Below are positions 24,501 through 37,750 of a DNA stretch of 64,000 bases, in pieces. The translations under genes and the position numbers were made by a program. This DNA comes from Takakia lepidozioides (lineage: Eukaryota; Plantae; Bryophyta). The DNA lies in the NCBI GenBank assembly GCA_030704615.1, contig CM060732.1, positions 53,568,001-53,632,000 on the forward strand, read 5' to 3'. Position 1 is the first letter of the stretch; every line of letters starts with the position of its first letter. The notes under the pieces are model-generated. The model was not told the DNA's origin. It saw nothing but the letters and a program-made list of their open reading frames with translations, and ran no database searches.

Positions 24501-27500
24501 GTTCGTTTTGTGAGCTGTTCAGGGGTTGGGCTTTTGAGGTGGCTTGTGCTTCCAACGGTAGTTCTGCCTTTGTGGTTTCTCGTGTTCTTTTGGCTTTTCA
24601 GGTGTTGCCTGGCAAGGTTTGATGTAGGGTCTACCCCCTTCCTCTTCATTAGAAAATGAAAAAAGAGATTCAGAGAAGAGAAGATAGAAAAGGAAAGAGA
24701 GAGAAATGAAATGAAATGGTGCTTTATAACGTCCGCGGAAAGCTCATAGAGCTTATGGGACAGAATGGAAGAGAAAAAAAAAAACATGAGAGAGGAAACA
24801 AAACCAGAACCCAAGAATAAGAACTAGTGTTCTAGTGATTGTCTAAGGGTGAAGGCCTCGTGCAGGTAAGCTGACAAAGTGAAATTGAAAGCGAACAAGA
24901 GTGAGCTTAACACTGATGACTTTATCACGTGCAGCCAATGATGGGGGCCATGCAAGCACTCTCCACAGTGGTTCAAAAAGCGGCTATTCAGAGTGCTTCA
25001 GGTGCTGCCATATTGAACTTATTGCATAGCCAGGTAACTGTTTTAATACCCCAAGAAAGAAATGGTTGAAAGTGTTGTTTGTTTCTACTGAATTAAAGGA
25101 AGTGGATCGACTGTATGCTGTACAGTGATGTAAGTGGCTGTTGCATGAGCTTAAATTGATGGCTTTGTAAAGGATAGGCAGGAGGTTACTCTACAGTTAG
25201 ATTCAGAGATTGTCAAGTCTAGATTTGTGATTGATGCAGCCAGTATACATTGTTGACTTGGAGGCATCGAAGCAGGCAAAATGGGTGCTGGAACTTCCTT
25301 GTGCCACCTGCTGCTGGGGGAGCTGCAAGGCTTCACTGAGATCATAGAAGCTTAAGTTATTGATTAGGCCATAGAAATGGAACACGCTCTGTTTGATAAA
25401 TGTAGTAAAAAGTTTTTTTTCCAAAGTTCCCTGTAGAGGATGCACGGTGTGGGACACCTAGGTGATCTCTTGCTTCTCTCATCAGGAAGAGCGAGAGGGA
25501 AGGGAAGAATTGCCGTGTTCTCATCTGTTTGTTCACATACAACTGTTGGGAGTGTGTCCTTTTCTGTCTGAATAGTAGTCCTTCACTGCTTACTATACAA
25601 GGAGACTCACATTTGCCCACAACCAGCTACTTCTTGGATTCCTGCTAGTTGCACCTTTCCAACCATCTATGGAGAGGTGTTCCTTGTTACAAACGACATA
25701 ATTTGTGCTTGGTCTAACACATTTCTCGTCTAATAGGCAACAGCCATGGCTGGGGATAGTGCTGCCAGGGCATTGCTTCAGAAGCTTACGCATGCAGCAA
25801 GTGCTCCCTATTTTGGAATTCTGGAAAGGTACTTTATTTCCAAGCCTATGCATATGTAGATGTGCACATATTATAGAAGTAAATTATCACATGCGCTAGA
25901 AGCTGGAGGGAATATGGGTCCTATAATTGGTCTTCAAAACTTAAGTCCCCTGACAAGGTTGAGCAGTCTTTGGAAAGGCAAAAGTGTCTCACGCTGATCT
26001 CATTGGACAGGAGCAGTCTCTGAAAATGCAGTAGTATCTGCCCCTGACCTCATTGTAAGGTTTGCATAAGAGAAAATTGATGTGTGTTATGTACTCCTAT
26101 CCTTTCGGACTAGCCCGTCCCATCTGCCTGTCTCAATCCGTTGACTATGTGAGCAAACTCTAGTATGGCCCAAATCCCTGCTGGGGGTGTGGAAATAATG
26201 TGGGTGGGAGGCCCACCGGGCATGTGACAAAGTAGAACAAGACCATAGAGCTACAGAAACCAAAGAACCAATCAAACCCCAATGTTGCTTTAAGGTGGAG
26301 TGCTTCATGCAGGTAAGCTGCTTTGCAATTGGGTCCTCAAAACTACAGCTTCAGTGAGGTATGAGGAATCACTAGAGATCCACTAGATCCGCCCAGATAT
26401 CCTAGTAGGCAAGGGCAAGACAAGAAAAACATATTATACCAGATTATATCTGGATTGCTAAACAATTCAGATGTGATCCTATTAGCATTGAGGAACACTT
26501 GCTCCAGCAGGGGGGGTTAAACCTTTATGAAAGAAGTTGATTCTGGCCTCTGTCTATGGTCTGGAGTTCTTCAAACTGAGTAAAACAACATGCATTTGAT
26601 GCTTTCAAAGAGGACCTCCCGTTGAGAGTATTCATCTCCAGATGTGTGCTATACACCCAATTAGGTGTTGCCACTGTTTGTCATTAAGGCATCAGCTCGA
26701 CTATTCTGTCCCATTATATTTTGTCAAAGGCTGCTGCATGACATTACTGACTTCTAAAATTCCTGCTGGCATGTTGGTATTTGGGTGCGGGGGAATTTTG
26801 GGGGAGGAAGGTGGGTATATGAAGGTGTCATTGATGACCCCTATGGTGAATTCTTGATCGATGAGAACAAGTCTTTGCAAAAGGTACTACTGCACTTTTC
26901 TGCCAGGTGGTCATCACATGTTGGCATGTCGGCATTCTGTGGGCATCACCTCCTTTTCGAATTCCAGTTGGGTACAGTCGTAAATAGATTACCTTAAGTT
27001 CACCTGCGGTTGTGGATTGCAGGAGAGTTTGAGCCAGGATTACCATGCTACATACTGGCAGCAGCGGTACAGCCTTCGCCGCGACATCCCAGGTTTTCTT
27101 GCAAGTTCTGCCGAGACCATTCTCACCACTGGCAAGTACTTAAATGCAGTCCGTGAATGTGGCCATTCTATACAGGTTGGTTTACAACACACACCCATCT
27201 ATGTCTTCTGTTCAATCATATTTTGAATCTGAAGGTAACAGCTTAATTCCTTCAATGTGTTTTGGTTGCAGATTCCTTTCTCGGAGGACATGAATCCTGG
27301 GAACTCAGGAACTAGACGGCCGTATTTGGAACGCATCAACATTGCACACGATTTTGCCAGTGCAGAGCTTCTCAATCTCATCATCCAGAAGGTAAGGACT
27401 AAGGACATTCCAAATTTTCCCAGGGCAAGGCAGGGAGTCTTTCTATTCCTCATTTATACACAATGTGCATCATGCCATTTTAAATGACAAGTGGCACTTG

Positions 27501-30500
27501 TCCTCTATCTTTGGTCCCATATCCTCTCTGAGCCTCTTGAGGAAATTGAAGTATTTTTGTTTGTGTATTTCTCTCTCTGTCTGCCTCTTGTTGGGTATTG
27601 AGCTTCCAGTGCACATGATAAAACAAGGTTTTACCCTGCCTTATATGCTATGAGATCAGGTTCCGATGTTACTGTCTCTGTAGAGCTTCCCCATCTTTGG
27701 CAGACCTTCAGCTTTGAGGACCAGCCATTCTGGGCATCCAGTGGGCACAAAGTTTTTCTTTGCTTTGTGTTGTCTACTGTCTTCTTCTGGGTTTCATCCT
27801 TCGTTATTTGATTGAGTAGCTTACTTGGAGGGAATTTATGTTGGATGGCAGTTTGACTTGGTGGGCAGGTTGCGTTCGGTGAAACACTACTTCTTTGTTG
27901 ATCAGGTGTGCTACATTTCACTGTCATTGACTCCATGTCTACACACTTCAGAAAACATACATACCTTTGGAAAATGTGTAGTATAATCATGGATATGTCC
28001 GAAGACTGATTCCAGGGATAGTCAATTGTGACAAAATACCGAACAATGTCTTTTGAGTTTCATTGTGTGCAGGGTGACTTCCTGGTCCACTTTATGGACA
28101 CTGCCCGAGATGAACTCGCAAAGAGGCCCTCCTCCATGTCCAAGGAGAAGCTTCAGGTCTGCACATTTTACCATTTTTTGTCCATCTTGTGCATAATGGT
28201 TTCTGCGTTTCCTAGTTACTGATGCCGATTTAGGTAGTGGAAACCATAATTCTTGGTTGGACAGTTTTAAGTTTTAATAAATTCAGTTTAGGTCTTTCCA
28301 TACAATTTGGGTGAGCAATTTTGCTACTACCTTATGAAATCTATGACGACTTTGATCTGCAGTCACTCTTGGAGTTGGCGCTACGGACATCAGTTGCTGC
28401 ATCAGATCCCTACCATGAAGATCTCACATGCAACATTGTAAATCCTGACATGCCTTAGCACATAACGTCTCCATTGTGTTTGTGGTAGCTCTGAGACATG
28501 CATGTTGTGTTTCATTGATTGTGATGTCTTCATTGCCACATGTTCGTCGCCGCATGTTTATAGTCTTTTGTATTCAAACATTCAGTTGCCAGAAGCCATC
28601 TCATCAATCCAATGTTCATTCCATATCTACGTAAGTCATCTCATGTTGAGAGCAGATTCGATACCTGTTGCGTTTGGGGATTGGCAGGAGAGGTCAACGC
28701 TGCTCACACAGCTTCAGAACATCACTCAGAATGGTGGGGGGCCTGCTAATCCTCAGCAAGTAGATTCAGCCGAGGGTAGCATCAGCTTAGGCGCTGCAGG
28801 AAGCATTAGTGGGCTGGAGACTTTTACCCTGGACTACAAGGTTAGTCTGGTTGTGCTGTTAGTACTTGGCCTTATGGAGGAGGAGAGCAAGGGGGAAGAT
28901 GTCAAGGGGGAAGAGATGAAAGGAAATTTGTGGGAGAGGAGATGGAGGGAAGGAGAAGTTTCATGGGACAGAGAAGAGAGAAAGTAAAATACATCACCTT
29001 GTCTTTTATACTTTATATTTCCTGTTAATCTTCAATTGCTTTGCCACAATGACTAGAGATGTGCATCTTACAGTGGAGGGAATCCGTGGGTGGGTGTTGA
29101 GGTGCGGTGGCCATTATCCCTAGTGATCTCGAAGAAAGCATTGACCAAATATCAACTCATATTCCGTCATCTTTTTCACTTCAAGCACGTTGAGCGCCAG
29201 CTGTGCGCCACCTGGCAAACTCACCAAGTAGGCTTCTTTGCAGTTCTTTATAGTATAGTGTGTCAACAGACTAGAGGACTGGAAAATGATATCCCACTTG
29301 TCAGATAGGCCTTATCAACTGACAGATAGCTGTGAGGAAAATTCAACCAGCTAATTCTCCCAGCAAGATTATTTGGCAACCTATTTTGCACAAATTCCTT
29401 CTCAATCAGCATAGTGAATTTGGCATTTGGACTGGTCACATGAGAATGCCCGTATCTATTCTATAATTGTTAATGATATGGATCATGGTTTAATGTAACA
29501 TAGATATTCTGCATAGAACTATTTCTTACTTCTGGTTTGCTTCTTGTTTGTGTTGTAGTCAGCAACACGCTCGTTTGATTCCATTGGAACGTCTGTTTCA
29601 CGATCATATGTTGTGTGCCAGCGAATGCTCCATTTTCTTCAAAGCTTTGAACATTACATGACTTTTGAGGTTTGTAAATTTTTCTCTCTTCTGTTTCTTG
29701 TTGCCAGCATTTGTGTGTTGTATGCTTGTGTTACTTGGATGCTGCTGTATATTGCATGACGGAGGTTTGTGTGGGATCCTATCCTCACATAAGACGAGAG
29801 TGAGGGCGGAATGGAGCAGAGTACTTAGTACTACATGTCTGATTCTGTTGGTTTAATTTACAGGATCTGAATACATAGTTCTGGTTAGCTCATAAAAAAA
29901 CCGAGATCTGTGTTTCTATGGAAGACTGAAGTCTGGAAGGTCTATTCTCGTGTGCAGGTGCTGGAACCTAATTGGCATGGTATGAATAGCCAGCTACACA
30001 GTGCCAAAAGCATTGATGAGGTTGGTTATAAGAAATGCAGAATCACACTAATAAATACACAATTGAACCTCAGACCTGAGGTCAAATCTCCTCTAAGGGC
30101 TGACGGCTCTCTCTATCTGTGTCCCTCAGCGCCACAATGCACTTTAAAGTTAACATTATTGAGCACATGATTGCGTTGCTGTGTGATATCAGTGTAGGAG
30201 TAGCTTAGAACAGGGGAAGGCAGGGACCCGCCAGGGGGAGGGGAGGTGCAATTGGTTTGCAGCAGAAGTGTCTCGTTAATTTTTCTGCGCTGCGAGTTCC
30301 ATAGTAGAAGTAACCAATATAGCAAATGTCTATCAAACTGATGAAAATAGAATGGAGTTGAGAAGTTTGTTATACCTGTTTGAAGCTCCTATTGGTTAGC
30401 TAGAAAGCAACTGTGAGCATGGAAGACAACTAGGGAAGTATGCATTTTCATCTGCGCGTTGTTGAGAGTCTCGTCATATGCAATCACATAAAAACGTTTA

Positions 30501-32281
30501 TTTTGAAGTAGATTTTGTTCTGATAAACTTAGGAACAAATGAAGGGTTCTTCCTTCTTGACTGAGTGTTTGGATTGGGAATGGCAGGTAATGCAGCAACA
30601 TGATGTGTTTCTGGACAAGTGCCTTAAACAATGCATGCTGTTCTGGCCTCAGATTCTAAAGGTACAGCATGCCTTAGTACTTTCTGAATTGAACAGTCGT
30701 GCCAAATCAGAGCTCCAGTGGTTGTCATTTGCAGGTTATTGCCCCTGTCTTCAGTCACTGCTTGCTCCTGTTTGGAGATGAAGGATTGGCCTTTTCTATG
30801 AGTGGCCTCTTACAAATTTGCGAGTGGAAGAGCGTGCAATGCTTTTTCTTTTGATTTCAGAAGAGACATTGAACTGCAATTTCAAGCCGCTGTGGATGGA
30901 TGGGTTTTTCTGTGTGACAAACTGGTCTGTGCTTTGGTGATGGCTGACAGAAAGTTGAGAAAATTAAGTCCATCTGTCTTCAGTATGCAACGGCAACACA
31001 GTGGTTGATTCCAGCCATGTTTCGGGGTGAAAATGGTAGCAGTCTGGAATCTGTCTCAAATGGGAATGGGGCCTTGAAGAAGGGGTACAATGGAAGGCCA
31101 CAGAGGGGAACTAGAGTCCAGCCAATGCGGGCAAGGAGAGCTGCAGACGATAGCAACTACAAGGCCACTATAGGGTACTCTACTGAACCAAAAAGCTAGT
31201 TATCTCATTCTCTCTGCAGCACGGGTCCCTATGGTCGGGTGAGGCCCTTAAGGATGATCTGAAGGGCCTAGCTACCCTTGGCACTAGACTGAAATTTAAA
31301 CTCGGGGTGGGGGCTCTTTCTTTGAACAAAAAACAGATGCAGAGAGGAAAGGATGATTGTCAATGCTTGTATGTGGGCTGCCTGAAGACAATATCCATTT
31401 TCTGATGTATGTCCAGGGTATTCTCATCAGAGAGGGACCCTCTTAATCACACAGTCCCTGCACCTCTGTTCACCAACTTTCAAAATTTTGAGGCTGAGCC
31501 TAAAGCCTTGGCACTAACTGTTTATATCAAGGTAAGTCCCACTGCTGCAGTGAGCTCCTCACAAAGGTATCCCTCTTGTTCTGCCAAACTGTGTGCGGGC
31601 ACAGTTTGGGCCACAAGTCTATGTAGTGAGCCCATTGTCTTTCCCACATGAACTTTTTCTGAACCTGTTCTGAGTCTGCAACAAGTGGAACTCAAGAAGC
31701 ATCCCTTGGACACAAGATACAAGGCCTGAGCTTGATTTTAGTAGGCTGCTAACCACTAACTGACCCAGTAGGGAAAGGGATCCTAAGTTGATTTCTTGGT
31801 GGGATACAGAGGATAGCTCTTTCCATGCACATCAAATAGAGTATTTCTGTATGTTTGTACTCTGTATTCTCTCTTGCGGCTATGCCGGATGCTGTGGCAC
31901 TCCGTGGGCCCGTATTTGAGGGAAACTTTTGGGTCAAGTTGCACTCTGACAAAGAGCTTCTTGGTGGAAACCTGACAATTCTGTGATCATCTTTACTACC
32001 AAAAGTATGTCCCTCTCTGGAGCAAGACTTCAATGATATAGGCCCTGACTCGTCTCCCTCCCACCCATTTTCAGAGTGAGTACATTATCTCTTTCATGTG
32101 GAAGATGCATTTCTTGTTCTTCAATGTGTTCTTATGATCATGTTCTGCCTGCAGGAAAATAGATGAAGAGTTCATCAGAGAGTTGAAATTGCTCGTTGTG
32201 CAACTCAGTAATGGGTCCCAAACAGAGCCATATCTTGCACATCTTGCCCAAGGTCTGCAGGCAGTTGAGCAGGCAGCGTAG
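14862..32281 (+). CDS. GCP2: Gamma-tubulin complex component 2 (about 930 aa); exons 14862-15014, 16320-16411, 16624-16792, 17323-17494, 17678-17781, 17954-18024, 18202-18250, 18505-18642, 18746-18877, 19097-19180, 24935-25033, 25737-25828, 26811-26883, 27023-27175, 27272-27391, 27852-27905, 28073-28156, 28363-28437, 28688-28840, 29102-29227, 29559-29669, 29958-30020, 30587-30661, 30951-31174, 32155-32281
   Basis: Exons join in phase (2793 nt). Diagnostic motifs: [117 protein letters not shown]. Exons 1-4 are less certain than exons 5-25. Confidence 0.93.
15408..15508. repeat. (GA)n microsatellite of about 50 units in GCP2 intron 1
   Basis: Directly visible, with one interruption near 15417. 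Confidence 0.98.
19328..24158 (-). mobile_element. Apparently full-length RTE-X-like non-LTR retrotransposon (N-terminal repeat region, APE endonuclease, RT, CCHC finger), disrupted; antisense in GCP2 intron 10
   Basis: 16-bp TSD GAACAGAGTGAACAGA at 19312-19327 and 24159-24174; APE motifs [35 protein letters not shown]; RT motifs [35 protein letters not shown]; [14 protein letters not shown]; several frameshifts and a stop. Clade assignment is inference. Confidence 0.92.
22962..23362 (-). repeat. In-frame 141-bp (47-aa) tandem repeat, about 2.8 copies, in the LINE ORF N-terminus
   Basis: The ggggaca anchor recurs at 22962, 23103 and 23244; peptide unit PKC...[19 protein letters not shown]...HGVIVP. 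Confidence 0.95.
31250..31515 (+). mobile_element. Diverged fragment of the same LINE family (zinc-finger region) in GCP2 intron 24
   Basis: gatgatctgaagggcctagctacccttggcactagactgaaatttaaactc...gaggctgagcctaaagcc matches the reverse complement of about 19525-19800. Confidence 0.85.
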
Positions 32282-33882
32282 TTCCTCACTCTCTCTGCTA
32301 AAAGGCATTTGTACTTGTAGATTATAAGCACTTTATGTGATACAAGTAGAGTAGGGAAGCAACATGATTGCCCATCAATCTTCAGGGTGCTGCCCAAGGA
32401 AAGTCTTAGGTGACTTCTCACATGTTGAATTATGTGATAGCTGGCCCATGAGATTATTCTGGATGACTCAACGTCAAATGTTGTCATTGACATGGAGAGC
32501 AAGGATAAGATAGGAGACACCCTTTTTTGAGAGGTGTATTTTAGGTGGCACCATGGCACCACGGCAAGTAAAGTATCCAACTGCGTTCGTTCATTGACAC
32601 ATACATGGCATTGCTTTGTGACAGGGAAGTCTACTCTTTACTTATTAACTCTGCATTTTCTCAAATATGAATGCCTAGCTAGGCAATGTGAGTGTTGGAA
32701 TCTTTCCCTGTCTGGCAATTCCAACACAAGCTGCACCACTATTGAAGCCTGCAGCACTAGAAATGAAGTTGTGACATGAAAGATGGGGTTGGATTATTCC
32801 AGAGGTGGCTTCTTTCCAGGAATAATGTTGGCTGTAATTTTACTGGAAATTCTACACATTCCAAAGTCGGAATATGTCCAAGATCAATCTGTGTTGTAGA
32901 TCAAAGTAATTTTTGTTGATCTGGAATCTGGACCACTCAATTACAATTACTTTCTTGCAATGAACTATGACTATCTTTTATGTAAGTAAACAGGGTTTCA
33001 CTACCTTTTGCAGGGCACCGATGGCAGTTCACTGACTCCATGCCTACCAGCCTCACGGCATTGCCTCCTGTTTCATGTTACATAGATACCTGGCCACAGT
33101 TGGTTTTTATTGAAGAGCAATTGCCAATAGTACCCTCACGAATCCACACCTGCAGCCTCTTTAGAACTGAAGACCAACAGGCTATTTCAAGGATCAATAC
33201 AGAACTGGGTTCCCACATTATCTGTCCAACTGACCCGAATGTTGATTTCTATGCCAAGGTTGTCAAGTCTTTAACTTGGATGAAGGATGAATTATGCTTT
33301 TGGATAAATTATGAATTACTTATGAATTTCTTACAACCAGTCACATATATGCCTATAAGCGTTCCTAAAGCGGTCATAGCAGTGCCAAATCTAGACTTTG
33401 TCAATGCCCATGCAAGTTAGTGTGACATCACTAAATAGTAAGTTGAATAAGCTCTAATGCGAAGAATATATGAGAAAGTTGCTCACCATGTATTAACTGA
33501 CAAGTATTGATGAGGAGTCATCCAACATCACCACCTATTTCTATTATGGTGCTAGATGTCACTTGGAACTCTAGTTGAAGTAAACACACATGTCCTGTAA
33601 GTGTGAAAGGTGGATTTTATAGGTACTGGGAATGGGTGAGGTCACAGGAATGGTGATATCCACCCTAACTCCACACTTTTGCTAGGTTTATGGTGACGGA
33701 GCATGGTATTTGACACCATGATGGTAATGGCTCATGTAATCCGTTGTCGTGAATGACAATTGTTCTACAGTTTGAGTTTGTTAGTGATGATGGATGTCAC
33801 CGAGCGAATGGATATTAGGTGCATTTATTTGAGGCAGGTGGTAGAGGCTTGAATGGGGAGGTATAAGGTATCTTGGAGGGAT

Positions 33883-34010
33883 ATTATGTATTACTATTAT
33901 GACACCTCTTGAAGAAAGTGTAAATTATGGTGTCTCTTGACCCCAAGGACTACTACCTTCTAGTGGGAAGGTGAACACCTTTGTGATACCAACCTTTGGA
34001 TTCAATGCAA
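33883..34010 (-). mobile_element. SINE family A copy
   Basis: atgacacctcttgaagaaagtgtaaattatggtgtctcttgaccccaaggactactaccttc is the near reverse complement of the 3' half of the 7835 copy. Confidence 0.6.
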
Positions 34011-35389
34011 AACCTGGTATGTGCTCATTACCACTAGGCTACAACTTGGTTGTCGGGATTTTGTGCTATGGGTATGTATGCCACCTCGAACCCCCTCCTC
34101 ATTTTCCACTCTTGGTATTTTGGCTTCGACCTTGAGACCACATTGCCACAATATGTACATATGCATTTTGTTGAGAATGATGCCCAAGTTTAAATATCAA
34201 GAATACCAATATATATATATAATTTAAAAAAAATTGGATAGATATTTTAAATCCTTCAACAAAAAATCAACATATATGCACTCATGAGAATATGTTATTA
34301 AATTGCCTCCGTAGTGTTACAATGTTAATGATATTTATGTGACATGTATAGCTCAAAGACAACTCATGTTCTTCAATATTGATGTTTGAGATGATTATAT
34401 GTTTCTGAAAGCATACTAGTTTTTAAAATTGATGGGGACTTCAATGTAAATGTGATAATGATCATAGCTCAAATACAAATGTCATAATATGCATAACTCA
34501 ACTTCACCCCGAATGCCTATTCTACCTATTTTCTTCCATGTGGAAGATGGTCAAATTATAATGGCCATATCGGATAACGGAGTAATGAGGTTGCTCAACC
34601 CTCCCCCAAGGACTGAAAAGTCTTGGCCAAATATCCACACATCAACCATACATCAAGTAACGGTTGATCTAGATACCCCAATTTATATCTCGGTTGGCCA
34701 TAATGTCACCGAATACACACATATGTGGAGCTCATGACCATTTGTAAGGTAGCCTTGTGATCTAACCATTGGGCCATGTCATGGATGCTTCAATCATGTA
34801 ATTATAATATTCATTGATTGAAGTTACAAAAAGTGCTAATATATCCCTGTACATTCCAATCACACCCATATGTCAATCATACATAAACATAATATCATCA
34901 ATATTATAATTGTGTAGTATTCCAACACATTACTGGACATTTTAGGGACCCAAGTTAGCTGAACGAAAAACCACCAATGTATAGTACATTGTATTGTATT
35001 GACTAAAAATGGCTAGAAATAATTATTATTTTTTCAAATAGTTCCATCGATGAACAAATTGGATCTGAAGTTCTAAACTCATTTACTTGTGTGTGTTTGT
35101 GTGGTTTTTTAAAATAAAATTATTTAATGAATACTATATTTGTCAAATCATGAGTAGAAGTATTTCGTATGTTTCTAATTAACAATAACTAACAAGGCCT
35201 CACATAGAGCAAAAACAAACCCATAAATAGATCCATTACGCTACTCATTGTTGGTCCGACGAGTGTCGCACGGATATTTGATTCAGCCTCAAACAATAGG
35301 GTCTGCCCCATTTCGTCGTAAGGCGAAGTGGCTCTTAATTACGCCGGCTTTGGCCGGAGTCTTCTCTCTCTCTTCAGCCTCAAAACCCC

Positions 35390-35630
35390 AATGGATCCCA
35401 ACGTGGATATATATGTGTGGATCTGCCGGAGGTCAAAAAAATATCCGCCTCCGTTAAGAACCGCCGAATGTAAAGAGATGGGATAATCGGATCCGGTTGA
35501 GAACCGATGGTTTTGTATTTTTTTAAATTTAATCTGAACTGAAATTAGTGGTCCGAAAGAAGCAGGTTATGAACCAATGTATCCGGCATTTAAATCCAGA
35601 GGCTATAATACTAATAAAAGCCGGTTATTG
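35390..35630. mobile_element. Fragment related to the 7146 hAT MITE
   Basis: Shared atccgg/ccgg and taagaaccgcc motifs; no termini recognised. Confidence 0.35.
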
Positions 35631-37100
35631 CGTTTACTCTGTTGCGCACCTCACTTCCGTAAGCTCCCCTTCAAGTCATAGTTACTCGTTTTGATGCGCT
35701 CGCCTAACTCCCAAACTAGCCACCGGGCCAACTCGGAGCTTCGGCTGCTCACCAGGACATAACAGTCCCATTTTGCTCCTCCACAAGACCCTCACTCACT
35801 TTGGGCCTAGTGGAAATTCCCTCTGGTTGTTGGCAGTTCGGAACAGCTCCCCACACCTTGGTTGCTTTCCGACTCGCACGCTTACTCACTAGTTTTTGGT
35901 CACCAACGGGCTTGCACCATTCTCGGGGTTATTACTCCCTATATATACTTCTGTGACTGTCCGCGGGGGTTTCACAAACAACCCAGTCATTTTATGGCGA
36001 ACCACCACGAAGACCCTCGATTCCCGGTGATGAGTCGCGGTGAGTCTTGGCCCATCCACCACGGCCCCATTGGACCGTGATGAGTCCCAAGACTCCCCAC
36101 GACTCCCACCACAAGGTCTCCGCCCCATGGTAAGTCATATGTCACCCCTACTAAGACCCACTAAGCTACCACCACCCCTCGTGGACCTACCCCCACCGCA
36201 ACCTGGTATGCGAGACTCCACCTAGTGAGCACCTCCGCCTCCTTGAGTACCTTGGGTACTCAAGGATGCTTCAGCCCCTGTACCTATTGTTGCCACTGCC
36301 CCCACCACAGGGGCAGCCCATCTTGTGTTCCGACCCCCTGCCCTCAAGGCAAAGGGCCGCGACACACACCTCTACCAACAGGGCGTCGATGTCCTCATCG
36401 ACTTGTCCATTTTGTAGAAACTAACATCCAAGTTGTGGCGTCCCACATCAAGGAGTTTGTTTCCGTACCATGGCGTCCAATGACAAAGAACCAAACCCCC
36501 ACTTGACTCTACTCTCCACTAGCTAGTTTCGGCGACTTCCTCCAAGTCCCGGCCAAGGGTAGAGCCTCTCAAGCTCCACCCAGTGTGCTCTTCTTGGCCC
36601 ACTTCAAGGCCAAGGAACGATCCTCCCCGATGATCGAATCGCCTTACTGCAACAACATTGTTTGCGACCGCTCATGATGTCGCTTTTGGCATCATTTTGA
36701 GCAAGGGTTCACCTTGAACACTTTTTTGACTAGGAAGATAACCTTGAACCAACCGCGCACCCCAATCACTACAATTGGGTCTGCCTTGGAATGCTGGCCT
36801 GAGGTACGAGAATACGCCAAAGCCGCACTACGACTTTGTCCCGAGGTTACACGATTATAGTACATGAACGGAAGCACGTAGCTTCCGCGTTAATCAAGAC
36901 AACCCCCTCGTTAGCGCAGTTATAGTATGCGCACGCGCCAGGTGCGCACTAGCACGTGAACTCCCAAAAAAGGCGCAAGTTTCCTTTCCCCTTGGATGGG
37001 AGTCACCCGATTTCGGCACTACGCAAACACACGATTAATCCAATTTACCTCTCTCACTTTTGTAAGCTAGCATGCATTCTACACACTAGCCAAACATACC
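35630..37100 (-). mobile_element. Degenerate LTR retrotransposon relic (gag-like sequence plus possible LTR)
   Basis: GC-rich block with broken gag-like peptides (WFLSLDAMVR after a frameshift, LQNGQVDEDIDA); no pol motifs seen. Confidence 0.35.
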
Positions 37101-37169
37101 ATGCATCACCATTCCAAACAAAATAAGAAACACAACATTTGGAACCCATTTCATTTATAAACAAAATTT

Positions 37170-37750
37170 GTGCAACACAAGTTTTTGCAATCGGATTTCT
37201 GAGCTAGCTAAGCATGCATTTCCTCCCCCACGATCCAAGGTTGATGTCCCTATCAACGCTTCTTCCGTTTTTGAGGTCGCCCTTCGAAAGCTGCAACCGC
37301 TTCGGATGCGTTTCCCATTTCTGAGGCACGCACCCAAGTTGCCTCCACTTGATGATAGCCCTTCCATTTCACGAGATAGCCCTGTAAGATCAGGTTTCAA
37401 GGATGTCAAGGATTGACAAAGGGTTAACAATTGTCCCTCTATCTATTACAAAGTTTAGCTTTTTAACTCCTTTGGAAAACTTGCGCAATTTTGTGGTTGT
37501 TAAGGCCTGTCCAATGTGCCATAAATGGTTTCATTGCAATAATATGGTGGTTGTATCATGTTTGCACACGTACCATGCTCATTGCCTTGCCAAACATTGC
37601 TTGTATTGTATTTCATGTACAATGCCCCAATATACCCAGAAATTCCATCCTGACTGGTGGTTGAGCATGGGCTATGGGGCAGCAATGCTAAAATATATGA
37701 GTATACCATGGAGTTACCGGCTTGAACAGCCTCGTCAAGGCCAATTCTAA
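37170..37750 (+). pseudogene. Degenerate RING-finger gene fragment, probably transposon-borne
   Basis: CPMCHKWFHCNNMVVVSCLHTYHAHCLAKHCLYCISC...FHPDWWLSMGY shows RING-H2-like spacing; upstream helical segment in another frame; no clear ATG. Confidence 0.5.

Noticed and set aside
24185-24830. ORFs in the remainder of GCP2 intron 10
   Set aside because: Low complexity, no domain; probably an older repeat fragment.
33013-33420. Additional GCP2 coding exon or 126-aa ORF
   Set aside because: GCP2 already ends at 32281 at the position equivalent to the Arabidopsis C-terminus; this may be 3' UTR and has no recognisable domain.
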